DNA of 13,400 nt, from the NCBI GenBank assembly GCA_043228905.1, contig JBHGNT010000956.1, positions 1 through 13,400 on the forward strand, read 5' to 3'. Positions 1 to 9,322 of the stretch are shown here, one piece after another. How positions within the stretch are numbered: position 1 is the first letter of the stretch; each line of letters starts with the position of its first letter. This DNA is from Azolla caroliniana. Lineage: Eukaryota; Plantae; Polypodiophyta. Under the pieces are notes generated by a model. The model was not told the DNA's origin. It made no database searches and saw only the letters and a program-made list of their open reading frames with translations. The translations under genes and the position numbers were made by a program.

Positions 1-264
1 GAAACAGTTCTGCTTATTCCCTAGTGAGCCTGCCTTGTGCCATTCTTCACCATATTCACCACCTCCTCGTATGTTTGCAAATGCTAAGACACCCCCACAG
101 TGGCGGGCAAATACAATCCGTGAAACACTGAATGACGGTGTTATGTTTATATTGAAGCCTCCATAGCCGTACAGTAAAACAGGGTTTTCACCATTGAGTG
201 TTATGGCTTTTTTAGAAACTATAAACATTGGTATCTTTGTCCCATCCTTACTTGCCACGAATAC
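1..264 (-). CDS. PREP: POP coding exon 7, partial ([15 protein letters not shown]...GNKQNCF), start of the alpha/beta-hydrolase domain
   Basis: gccag|GTA TTC acceptor; open to the window edge; contains YGYGGF and RGGGEYG. Not in the ORF track. Confidence 0.95.
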
Positions 265-3200
265 CTGGCACGACACCAAAAGATCAGCTGAATGAATGCT
301 TCATGGAAAACAAAGATTGCGAAGAATATCACATGTATACAGATGTATATGTGTATTTTTATGTGTGTGTGTGCGTGTGGATACTCAGCTTTATGGACAA
401 TATGAGCAACTCGAAATCAGCAGAATCTTGGCAATCAGGTTCCAATCCATATTGATTATTTAGGTTTTCACTCCCAACAATCAGTTTACGTTTATCATGC
501 CTCTCAAGACATCGGTGAGCACATTTATGCCCTATCTTTTGAATTCTAATTTGACATATTATTAACAGGTAATATAATGCATTGCTTGAAAACAAGTGTG
601 TGCATTTGGAATGGAGATAGATATTTCTGGTGAAAAATGGATTTACCACACAACTTGAAAACAACGTTTAAGAATGATTCTAACAATAACAACACTTATT
701 CTAAGATAGATCTTATCCTTGCAAAGCAATTTAGAAATCAGACAAAGATGCCACATTCAGGGTTGTAGGCAAACCAGATTCATAATTTTTGAGAATTGAT
801 CTTGTAAATGTCTCCCTGATAGATTTCGGACATTCTATAAAATGCATACTCTTTAACATTAATCTTGGAAAATATCTACATTGTAGTTTAGACAGATTCA
901 GAGAAAAAGTACATGTGTGAAAATTGTAGTCAATCCTCACACATTTTACTAAAAAGCACAGAGATTTCCAATATAGAGCATTCAAAGATCTGTAACAAGA
1001 CAATATCACCTCATTGCATATCCCAGAAAACTAACAAATGAGATAATCCAAGGTAAAAAAGTTGAACTAACCTGTGATGTTTTGAAATCCGTTCTATCAA
1101 AATCTTTCACGTTGATTTCTCTAAACACTTGGAGCTGTAGCTGCGCCTCTTCCAAGTTGCATCGATAAATTATGCCAGGAGTTAAGAAACTCGTAAAACT
1201 GATAAATACCTCTTTGTCTTTTCTTTTACCAGAAACAGCAGATACTGAACCAATTTCAAGAGGCAGTTGTTGCAATAGATCTCCAGTCTCAAAATCCCGA
1301 ATCTGCACTACATACTTCACATCACTAAGATAACAAACGATAAGATGTCTTCCATTGACACAATTGGCCGACTCAAGAACATCTTTCTCAGATTCCGGGA
1401 TGATATCTGTCCATACATCTGGATTTTGAATATTGACTCGAACAAGCTTGTATCGCGGGGAATCTTTATTTGTATGGAAAGTGAATAATGCGCCATCATT
1501 TGCAACGTAGGAATATTGTGCATCAAAGTTGTCAATGAGCTTTTCTAGTGGAATCAATTTATTGGAACCTTTGAAACCAAGCAATCCATGTGGAAGTGAT
1601 GACAAAACACAATAATACAACCTGTTAACAGGGTCACAACCTTCGGTGATGGAGACTATCACGTACTGTAATGGTGAAACAAGAACGTTTTTAATAAATA
1701 TTTGACCCAAGACTGTATAAATGTGCTGAAACTTTAGAACCCATATATCAATAAAAAAAGTCAGCTTAAATAGATCACCTTCCCATCGTCAGTAACTGAT
1801 GCATCAAAGATCCACTTTGGATTTGTTGGGTCCTTCCAGCAAAGGATATCTTCTGCTTGATCGGTACCCAGGAAATGGTAGTAAAGTTGATGGTTGAGGT
1901 TGATATTAGTTTCTGTGCCCGCATCGGCGTTGACGCTGGAATCGAAAATTACAAGGAAAGAATGACACTCCAACTAAATTCAACCACCAAAAACAAAGTA
2001 ATCAATGATTTAAACGTAATATTTTTGCTTTAGTAATAACCTTATATACTAGTAAGAACCTCAACATGAGATGAATATTGCAAACCCACAAAAGAATGTT
2101 GTATAAAGTTGCAAGTGGAATAGCATGGTGCTTAAACGCCCTTCAAAAATATTGGAATGTTGTCTACTGGAAAGTCGACCATAGAACAGAAGTTCACATG
2201 ACCAATTTTACGACCAATGTGGCGGGTCGATTCCCATTATTTAAAGGTCATCTACAGGTTGAATTACTTGAGAAGTTCCAGATAATGATAGTCCTTGCAA
2301 GTACTTAATTAGTTCTATGCTTTAATTAGATCTTTTACTGGCATGTGTGTGTGTGTGAGAGGCATTGAAGAGATGGAAACATTTGTTGAGTTTGAAGGTA
2401 TAATTTGTAGCACACACTGCTAAATCTTTAGAATATCAAAGCCAAAGAAGGTAACATGACAAGGAAAAACGTTGCTTTATCAATATGTAGCTTTTTATTG
2501 AAAACCACACGCTTACTTTGGTGCAGGATATCGGCAATAGAAGAATCCTTTATGATCATGGGTCCAAGCAATCGAAGAAAATTTTACCTGCAAAACACAA
2601 CATGCACATAGATAAGACATACTCACTGACTTCTGGCTGATAATAATACATTTAGTGTTAGAATGTACCCAGGAGAGCACGTCTGGTTCCCATGATTTAT
2701 CGGTTACTCGCATCACTTTTATACTCATCCAGTCACTTCCACTAGAACTAAGGCCAACTGCCATAAATTCAGCATTCTCACTGAAAGCTAAAGTTGATAA
2801 TGCAACAGTTCCATCATCACTAAGCTTATTTGGATCCAGCAAAACTTCTGCTTTTGCATCCAGAGAATCCTGTTATTAGATACCCAACAGCCTTATAAAC
2901 GCATAAGTTGTCAACAAATAAAATAGCGTACGTTAATCTTAGCTAGGAAATTGCAGATTAGACAGTAAAAATAAAGTTAAGTATCACAACAAGAAGCGTT
3001 AGAATTAAATCCCATTAAATTCTAACAAAATGGATCAATGAAGGATGTCAATGTGTTTGTCTGCCTAGTGTTCCTCTTCCATTAATATATTTTATAGCTT
3101 CAATGATTTCAGAAGATCTACAATGTTTTTATTATGTCTGCGTTTACATAACATTTAATAAGTGGCCAAGAGTAAGAAAAAGAACACATATAATGTACAT

Positions 3201-5276
3201 TATCTTAATATGGTATCAACATTTAACCATATGTGGAATAGTTTCAATATATCAGATATATGTTGTCAAATGATCAATTCACTTCTGAGATATGAAACAT
3301 AGGTTTTCTTTTCCTATGTTTGAATTTTGGAATATTTCCAAATGTACATGTTTGGATGCATGAGCTATGGCACCTGAATGCAAACTAAGAGTTTGGATCT
3401 ATTCCAAACGGCATCCAAACAGACTCTATCACAATAACAGTAAAAACTATTGAAGCTCGAATAATATCAGTTGAATGAGGTATTACACCTCTCACCTTTC
3501 CTACATAGTTTCACTCTTACCAATGTTTTTAGAAGTCACTATTCACAACCAGACACTAATCTTGATCTTAACTTTTTCTAGCACAAAATTTAGATGTTGG
3601 TTCACGAACCTGGATGTACAAAACGCTTTGTGCTTGCAATCCTGTATTGTGAGAGTAGAAGTACTTCTCGCCCCTTTTGAAAGGGCAATCATATTTCGGA
3701 TAATCATAGAGCGCTGTGGTTCGTTCTCTCAGCTTTTCTTTTAGATCGCATGTCTTAAGTATTGAGTGTGTCAATGTTCTCTGTTCTTCAATAAATTGTT
3801 TCACATCTTCGGCATCTGGATCCTCTAACCTGTCCAAATCAGTTTCAAATATCACTTAATGCTAGAAAATGATTCCTCAAAATTTCAGTGTCGCCAAAAC
3901 ATTATATCTTGCATAAATAAGTCCGTTCAGTTGTCTAGAAACCAAATTGAGTCGGCTTCAAGCTGTTAGGACAAGGATAAATAAACATTGCTGAAAGAAC
4001 TGGTTTAAAGCTCAAATTTCTTGATGAAAATCCAACTTTTGAGATGAAAAATGAGGTTTCTTTAATCACTTTTCACCTTTTCTTTCCTTCAAATTTGATT
4101 CCTAGATAATACATATTCCTCCAATATGTGCAAGATATTTTGGAGCTTCTTGATTAAAATTTCGCTTCATTTTTTAATTATTTGGAATTCCCTTAAATTT
4201 CCTTTCTTGGTGCCAATCTCGAAAATCTTGGAGCTCCAAGGGTTTATTAACACATTACTGAGGGATTCAAAGAGCAGCACAATGAAGTCTTCTTGTCAGT
4301 TCTAAAGATAACGACGTTGCAGATAGTCTGCCCATAATATGCAAGCTCTTGTGAATCTTCTAGTTTAAACTTGGGCTTTCCTTATTTGATTTTTGGGTTT
4401 CCTTCACATTGATTTAGAATGTACTTAACATGATTCCATAATATGCAAGATTTAGAGGAACTTCTTAGTAAAAATGAGCTTTTTTATTCATTTCCTGGTT
4501 TAAAGAATCAAAGAGATTTTGCAAGATCCTGCATATAGTGGAGACATGTAAGCACCTTATAACATCTTGTTTCTTTCTTGAAATTTATTGATTTATTTTT
4601 CCTTTGAATTTTTCATAACATGCAATGCCTTAAAATTGAGAAGATACTCATATACTACACAATATGAGAGACACAGAAAAATTTCCTGGTTAAATTTGAG
4701 TAGATATGTAAGATGCATAATAGCACTCTATAATATGCATGATTTTCTGCCCTCCCGTTAACTGCTTCTTGCAATATACTTATATATCTCTCTATTATAT
4801 GCAAAATCTTCCGAATCTATGCAAGCCATTTATAGACGAATTTGAAAGCTTTAATTTTCTACCTACATAATCACGTCTCTCTCCATTATATGCAAGATCT
4901 TGTGGATTTATGCAGGATATATAGAGAAGATTTTGAAAACATGCCAGCGATAAGGATCAGGAACTATTGTGCCATGGTAGTCATCCACGATTGATGCATC
5001 TCGTTTAGCGAATGGGTATTGGAGTTGCTCCGAAACATCATCCAAGGACCCCATCGTTGCCGAAGTGTGAATCACTTTTGATAAATGATTTGCTGTGTTA
5101 AAGAAGGAAATGAAGTTCGATGATGGTTGGGAACAATAATACTTGTGTGAAATGACGGTTGATGAAAGCGAAAAGGAGCTGGATTTCCTCTGTAAACAGG
5201 AATTTTTGCAGTCCAAGACCGAGCCACAAATCGATTTCAAAGTATTTTGGGATCTAAAGCATGAGAGGCCCAGCAT
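1..5276 (-). CDS. PREP: Prolyl oligopeptidase / prolyl endopeptidase (peptidase S9A), 3'-partial spliced gene; exons 5276-4945, 3829-3610, 2869-2669, 2587-2517, 1935-1779, 1665-1072, 264-<1
   Basis: The joined exons give 613 uninterrupted codons with classic POP motifs: [95 protein letters not shown]. All splice phases are compatible. The catalytic GGSNGG lies outside the window. Confidence 0.97.
1072..1665 (-). CDS. PREP: POP coding exon 6 ([14 protein letters not shown]...FKTSQ), beta-propeller region
   Basis: tacag|TAC acceptor; CAG|gttagt donor; 594 nt; forms the core of ORF 1006..1710. Confidence 0.96.
1779..1935 (-). CDS. PREP: POP coding exon 5 (VNADAGTET...VTDDGK)
   Basis: ttccag|C GTC acceptor; AAG|gtgatc donor; 157 nt. 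Confidence 0.92.
2517..2587 (-). CDS. PREP: POP coding exon 4 ([23 protein letters not shown])
   Basis: ttgcag|GTA acceptor; CCA AA|gtaagc donor; 71 nt. Confidence 0.94.
2669..2869 (-). CDS. PREP: POP coding exon 3 ([14 protein letters not shown]...DVLSW)
   Basis: aacag|GAT acceptor; TGG|gtacat donor; 201 nt. Confidence 0.95.
3610..3829 (-). CDS. PREP: POP coding exon 2 (LEDPDAEDV...QSVLYIQ)
   Basis: gacag|G TTA GAG acceptor; CAG|gttcgt donor; 220 nt. Confidence 0.95.
3830..4944 (-). other. GC-AG intron (POP first coding intron)
   Basis: Only TG|gcatgt...gacag|G restores the conserved PYRWLEDP. Confidence 0.85.
4945..5276 (-). CDS. PREP: POP coding exon 1 (74-aa N-terminal extension + MGSLDD...DPYRW)
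   Basis: ATG at 5276 is in frame with the conserved MGSL start at 5054. The exon ends CGC TG|gcatgt (GC donor, phase 2). Confidence 0.88.
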
Positions 5277-5572
5277 TCAGACCTGGGAAGAACAGACGAT
5301 TATATACCAAAAAAAAAGGTTTTAGAATATATTACGGTTCTTATTGATCCATATACATATTTCACAAAATGCATACGAATATTTCAGTAAATAATGCATC
5401 TGTAAGCCTAAGTATGAATTAAAGACACATAAAGATTCTGCAAGAGTGGAGAAGCCAGTTCACAAAAGAAATTACTGAGATTTCACAAATCCCAATTCAG
5501 ATAGACAAAGGACAAAGGCAGGAGCATAAATAAGAACCAAAGATTTCATACAACAGGGTGAAATATTTTTAC

Positions 5573-5632
5573 CGGAGCAGCTGTGGAATTGAGTAGTGGT
5601 AAGACCATAAGTAAGAGTAGAAAGATTCAAGA
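5573..5632 (-). other. Predicted 60-nt 5'-UTR exon of POP containing a uORF start (ATG 5608)
   Basis: Polypyrimidine tract plus atgcag| acceptor at 5633 and CCG|gtaaaa donor at 5572. The downstream acceptor is ttcttcccag| at 5283 and the upstream donor is CTG|gtgaga at 5951. No transcript data. Confidence 0.5.
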
Positions 5633-5876
5633 CTGCATATAACGTTTCAGAAAAAGCATGGGGGAAAAAAAAATATCAGAGAGATTAGACATAGAATTCA
5701 GAAAACATGGTGAGTTTCAAGGACTATAAAGATGTAAAGAAGAGCAGAAATGGAATTGTTACTCATAGATTTCAGGGAGCATGAAAAGCCCAAAAAATTC
5801 GCATACACAACTGAATAAGCTACAAGAAGATTTCCGAAAACATGGGATGTTCTTATATGTCCAAGAACAGATCTAA

Positions 5877-5940
5877 GGAAGAAAAAGAAAAAAGAAAAGA
5901 GAAAAGAGAGAGAGACCACAGAGGGGGGGGAGGGGGGGAG
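5877..5940. repeat. Purine-rich low-complexity tract (CT-rich on the POP sense strand)
   Basis: gaaaaagaaaaaagaaaagagaaaagagagagag...ggggggggaggggggg; lies just inside the predicted leader intron. Confidence 0.8.
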
Positions 5941-5951
5941 ACATCTCTCAC

Positions 5952-6300
5952 CAGCAAAGAAATTATTCCTTTGTTGAGCTTTGAATTCCTCAGAAAAGCT
6001 TTTTTTTTTGCTTGTGTGGTGGGGATATTGGTGTGTATATACATACATATATGATATATGTATGAGTAGAGAGCTCTCAATAATACGTAATGGTGATTGA
6101 TGGTAGCTATGGCGATGGCGATGGCGATAAAATTAATACAATACAATAAATATTATTTCGTCTGCAGTCTTGACTGAGTTTCTTCTTCTACTTGGCGGTT
6201 GGGCGTTGTCTGTGTCTGTGTGGCTGGGCTAGTTTTGTCCATACCAATCCTAAAGTCTCCCCCAACAAGATTTTTTTTTTTTTTTAAATTTTGGGTTCTT
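5952..6300 (-). promoter_or_regulatory. Probable POP promoter / first non-coding exon region
   Basis: Strong donor CTG|GTGAGA at 5951 followed by a pyrimidine-rich intron-like tract. Site II-like TGGGCT at 6225-6230 and TA-rich stretches near 6036-6060. TSS not determinable. Confidence 0.4.
6109..6126. repeat. (ATGGCG)3 microsatellite
   Basis: Direct reading. Confidence 0.85.
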
Positions 6301-6319
6301 GTCTCGGATTCTCGTACCT

Positions 6320-6339
6320 GATCCGATCCGATCCGATCC
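6320..6339. repeat. (GATCC)4 microsatellite
   Basis: Direct reading. Confidence 0.9.
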
Positions 6340-6758
6340 ATGGTTTGGACTTGTCTCGGATACTCTCTTTTTCCCGTCAACGATTGTGAAGGCATCGACT
6401 AATCCTTATGTCTACCAGAACAACTGTTGCGTGTCTGTGTGTGCGCCTGTGCCTGTGCGTGTTTCGAGCCGGGTTCAAAAGTGACAAGTACAAATGATGA
6501 TCCGTTTAGAAATGATTCTTGTGCCCGATCCCATGTTTCTGGACTCGTCTCCGGATACGTTTTTTTTTTGCTAGGGGTTGTCGTGTCTACACGAGGCGAA
6601 AATCATGGGTCCCATCAAGCAATGATCCGGGTTCTTAATTTGTGGATGCGTCTGTGGGCATCGATTAATCCTTATGTCTACAAGAACAAATGTGTGTGGG
6701 TGGGTGTGTTTTGAGCCAGTTAAAAAGTGACAAGTAAAAATGATGATCCGATTCGAAA
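6333..6758. repeat. Diverged two-copy direct repeat with conserved blocks
   Basis: 6391-6427 vs 6657-6693 (3 mismatches in 37 nt); 6461-6512 vs 6708-6758; 6333-6363 vs 6525-6558. Confidence 0.9.
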
Positions 6759-6964
6759 AGTGTCTTGAGATATGGTATGCTCACAAGAGGTGCCTATTTA
6801 CATGCGTCGTCTCAGAGCCAAATTTATTACAATGTTGATGATATATAGTTTCGGCTTGAGTATATAGAAGAAAGCTCATAATGACTTGAACTTGAATCTT
6901 GTTTGGATTGAGAGCGTGACAGTTGGTATGGTTGGGTTCATAGTTTGCATAACTTTATCAGATC

Positions 6965-7449
6965 TAGAACCATGCGAGGTCATCTCTAAGTCTTCGTTAA
7001 AAACATTACTCAAAAAGTATGCATCTGAATGAGGATATTCTTGAATATTTCCCGTTACCGTATTTTATAAATATATATAGCACCTGCTTGGCACAAGTTC
7101 GATTGAATAGCCATAGAATATGGTTCGGTGATCAAATGAACTAATATTATGGATGCCACTTAAATTCAAGGAGAGAACCACCCATTTCAAACCTTACATA
7201 AATATAGAACCATGCGAGGTCATCTCTAAGTCTCCGTTAAAAACATTACTCAAAAAGTATGCATCTGAATGAGGATATTCTTGAATATTTCCCGTTACCG
7301 TATTTTATAAATATATATAGCACCTGCTTGGCACAAATTTGATTGAATAGCCATAGAATATAGTTCGGTGATCAAATGAACTAATATTATGGATGCCACT
7401 TAAATTCAAGGAGAGAACCACCTATTTCAAACCTTACATAAATATAGAA
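6965..7449. repeat. 240-bp near-perfect tandem duplication (6965-7204 / 7205-7444)
   Basis: The two units differ at 5 positions, all transitions; TAGAA microhomology at the junctions. Confidence 0.97.
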
Positions 7450-7562
7450 AACGACACAAGGTGGACCTAAAAGTATGTGGTGTCATTTATTAGAAAACTT
7501 TGTGCCATTTAAAAAAGTTCACTTTTACTACCCTTCCCTCGAGGAACCATATAGGAGAAAGT

Positions 7563-7705
7563 GCATGGTAATAGACATAGTCTAACTTCATCATAACATT
7601 CATCTTTCTTTTCTAAAAAACAATATTAAAAGCATGGTAATAGACAGTGTCTAGGTTCATCATACCATTACATCTTTCTTTTCTAAAAAACAATATTAGA
7701 AGCAT
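7563..7705. repeat. ~70-bp tandem duplication
   Basis: gcatggtaatagaca...catctttcttttctaaaaaacaatatt occurs at 7563 and 7632. Confidence 0.92.
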
Positions 7706-8547
7706 AATTTATCCTGTGTGAAACATTGAATCCAGACATAAAAATGCTGCCAAAACATATCGAATGTACCAAGGATAGAAAGTGTGAAATTTATAAACTA
7801 AAGTTTAAAACACGTGCTTTGATTATACACTAAATTAATCCTTTCAAAGAAGAAGGTGCAGCAAAACAATAGTAAGATCATAAATGATGAGGGAATAATG
7901 AGAAAAATTGTTTTCACCTCTTTTATAGAGATGGAATGAACACAATCACATGAATTTGTACATGAGGGATTCATCGAATGCCATGTCTTTTGTGTAATCA
8001 GTTGTATGTTTGTAAGACAATTCAGTACAAATGTTTATGGCCATGTTGCATTTTATAGCAATGTGATTTTTAAGAAACCCACACCTTAGTGTTCACAAGG
8101 ATTGCAATGCCCTTATGGAAATGTAGATTAAAGTTAATCTCAGCACCAATTTATCATCAACGAAAAACATAAGATGTACAACACCCATGATGTGGCCAAT
8201 GGGGCTTGGACCAACCACTCAAAAAGTCCCACTTCACTACAAAATATTAAATACCAAAGAAGGAATGACCATAATTGCCATACCTATTACCAATTTGGGA
8301 GGATTTACAAATTCCACCATTCAATACTAAATGTGTCCAAACCAACTTCACTACTAATTGCTATAATTCAGGGTACCAAATGGTTGGATGTACAATAAAT
8401 CAATCAGTTGAATTTTTCTATTTCCTTGGGGAACACTCCGGAAAATAATGCTCAAGATGCTGGATACGAACTATTAACCACCTTTATCGTTCTGTTTGAA
8501 CCGCTTTCAATAATACTCCGTTGGTTCAAGCTAATAGCTTATGCTCC

Positions 8548-8783
8548 TCAAAAAGTGAATACAAACTAGAGGACAGTCAAAAAAGATGAATGTGCATGTA
8601 TCTTACTTTAATATTATTAAGAGAGTTAGACCACGCCTAAAATTGAGATTTCAATTAGCACTCATTCACAAATTTCAATACTATCCTCCTTGTAGGTTCA
8701 AGTACATCAAAAAGTGAATTCAAACTAGAGAGTCAAAAAAGATGAATGTGTGTAGCTTACTTTAATATTATAGAGAGTAAGAC
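8548..8783. repeat. ~80-bp imperfect direct repeat (8548-8631 / 8707-8783)
   Basis: tcaaaaagtgaat.caaactagag...agtcaaaaaagatgaatgtg...cttactttaatattat...agagagt.agac occurs twice. Confidence 0.9.
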
Positions 8784-9190
8784 AAAGGTATTATTGTATT
8801 ATCAACTCATTTGGCCACTGTACATAAATTGAGCAATAGATTTGCAAGAGCGTCAAATTAATTTATGTACTAGGAATCCAAAGTTTCAAATGCATCAAAG
8901 TGTCAAGTCTACCATACATTATTATGGAAGCCTTTCGACATCCATTGACAAGAAGCAAAAATTCACTGAATCTATATAATTGTCGCAAGGTGTGAGCACA
9001 ATCATTTGATACATATGATTGATTGATCGATTGATTCTTCTTGTGAAAGGGTTTTAACCTTCCCAAGATGGATCAAATAAGACAGTGATACCACCCAAAA
9101 CACAAGCTAGGTATAAAGACAAGGCCAGAAATTTGGCAATGCCAAGCACCCGTGCGAAAAGAATATAGCAAATTTGATTAAAGCAACAGT

Positions 9191-9322
9191 TTAAAATATG
9201 AATACGATGCCGTCATGGATTCTTGACTTTTGATTTTGTGCCACGCACTCAGATATCCACATGAGATTCCGAATCTCTTGCTCTCGCAATCTCACATATG
9301 CGAAGAAAACTGCATAATGGAA
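9191..9322 (-). CDS. VHA-d: VHA-d terminal exon (FHYAVFFAY...DGIVFIF*)
   Basis: cacag|TTC acceptor; TAA at 9193-9191. Confidence 0.95.
   Translation of the reverse strand, partial: FHYAVFFAYVRLREQEIRNLMWISECVAQNQKSRIHDGIVFIF

Noticed and set aside
228-1009. ORFs 228..455, 359..664 and 731..1009
   Set aside because: They lie in or antisense to POP intron 6 and show no protein motifs.
2168-2236. tggaaagtcgacc...ggtcgattccca inverted pair in POP intron 4
   Set aside because: Short and imperfect; compatible with chance.
1936-2516. Hidden micro-exon to explain the slightly short PAPNVNADAG loop
   Set aside because: The direct join is already in frame and this loop is variable; no clear micro-exon was seen.
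5698-6395. ORFs 5698..6048, 5842..6054, 5853..6146 and 6153..6395
   Set aside because: Low-complexity promoter/UTR/intron sequence with no recognisable protein. ATG 6048 could only be a further uORF if the TSS lies upstream, which is unknown.
6299-6714. ORFs 6299..6484 (MSRILVPDP..., superficially presegetalin-like) and 6427..6714 sharing NPYVY as RiPP precursors
   Set aside because: Both start at TTG rather than ATG, run through microsatellites and T-runs, and share the peptide only because of the DNA duplication.
6493-6760. ATGATGA as a box C of tandem C/D snoRNAs
   Set aside because: Similarity between the copies ends just after the motif, and no terminal CTGA D box follows at a suitable distance.
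6965-7705. Repeats as a CRISPR array or LTR pair
   Set aside because: Eukaryotic context; two adjacent copies without spacers; no TG...CA ends, PBS/PPT or internal domain.
8174-9066. ORFs 8174..8398 and 8863..9066 as genes or TE fragments
   Set aside because: Short, with no recognisable domain in the frames I read; 8863..9066 probably overlaps the VHA-d 3' UTR.
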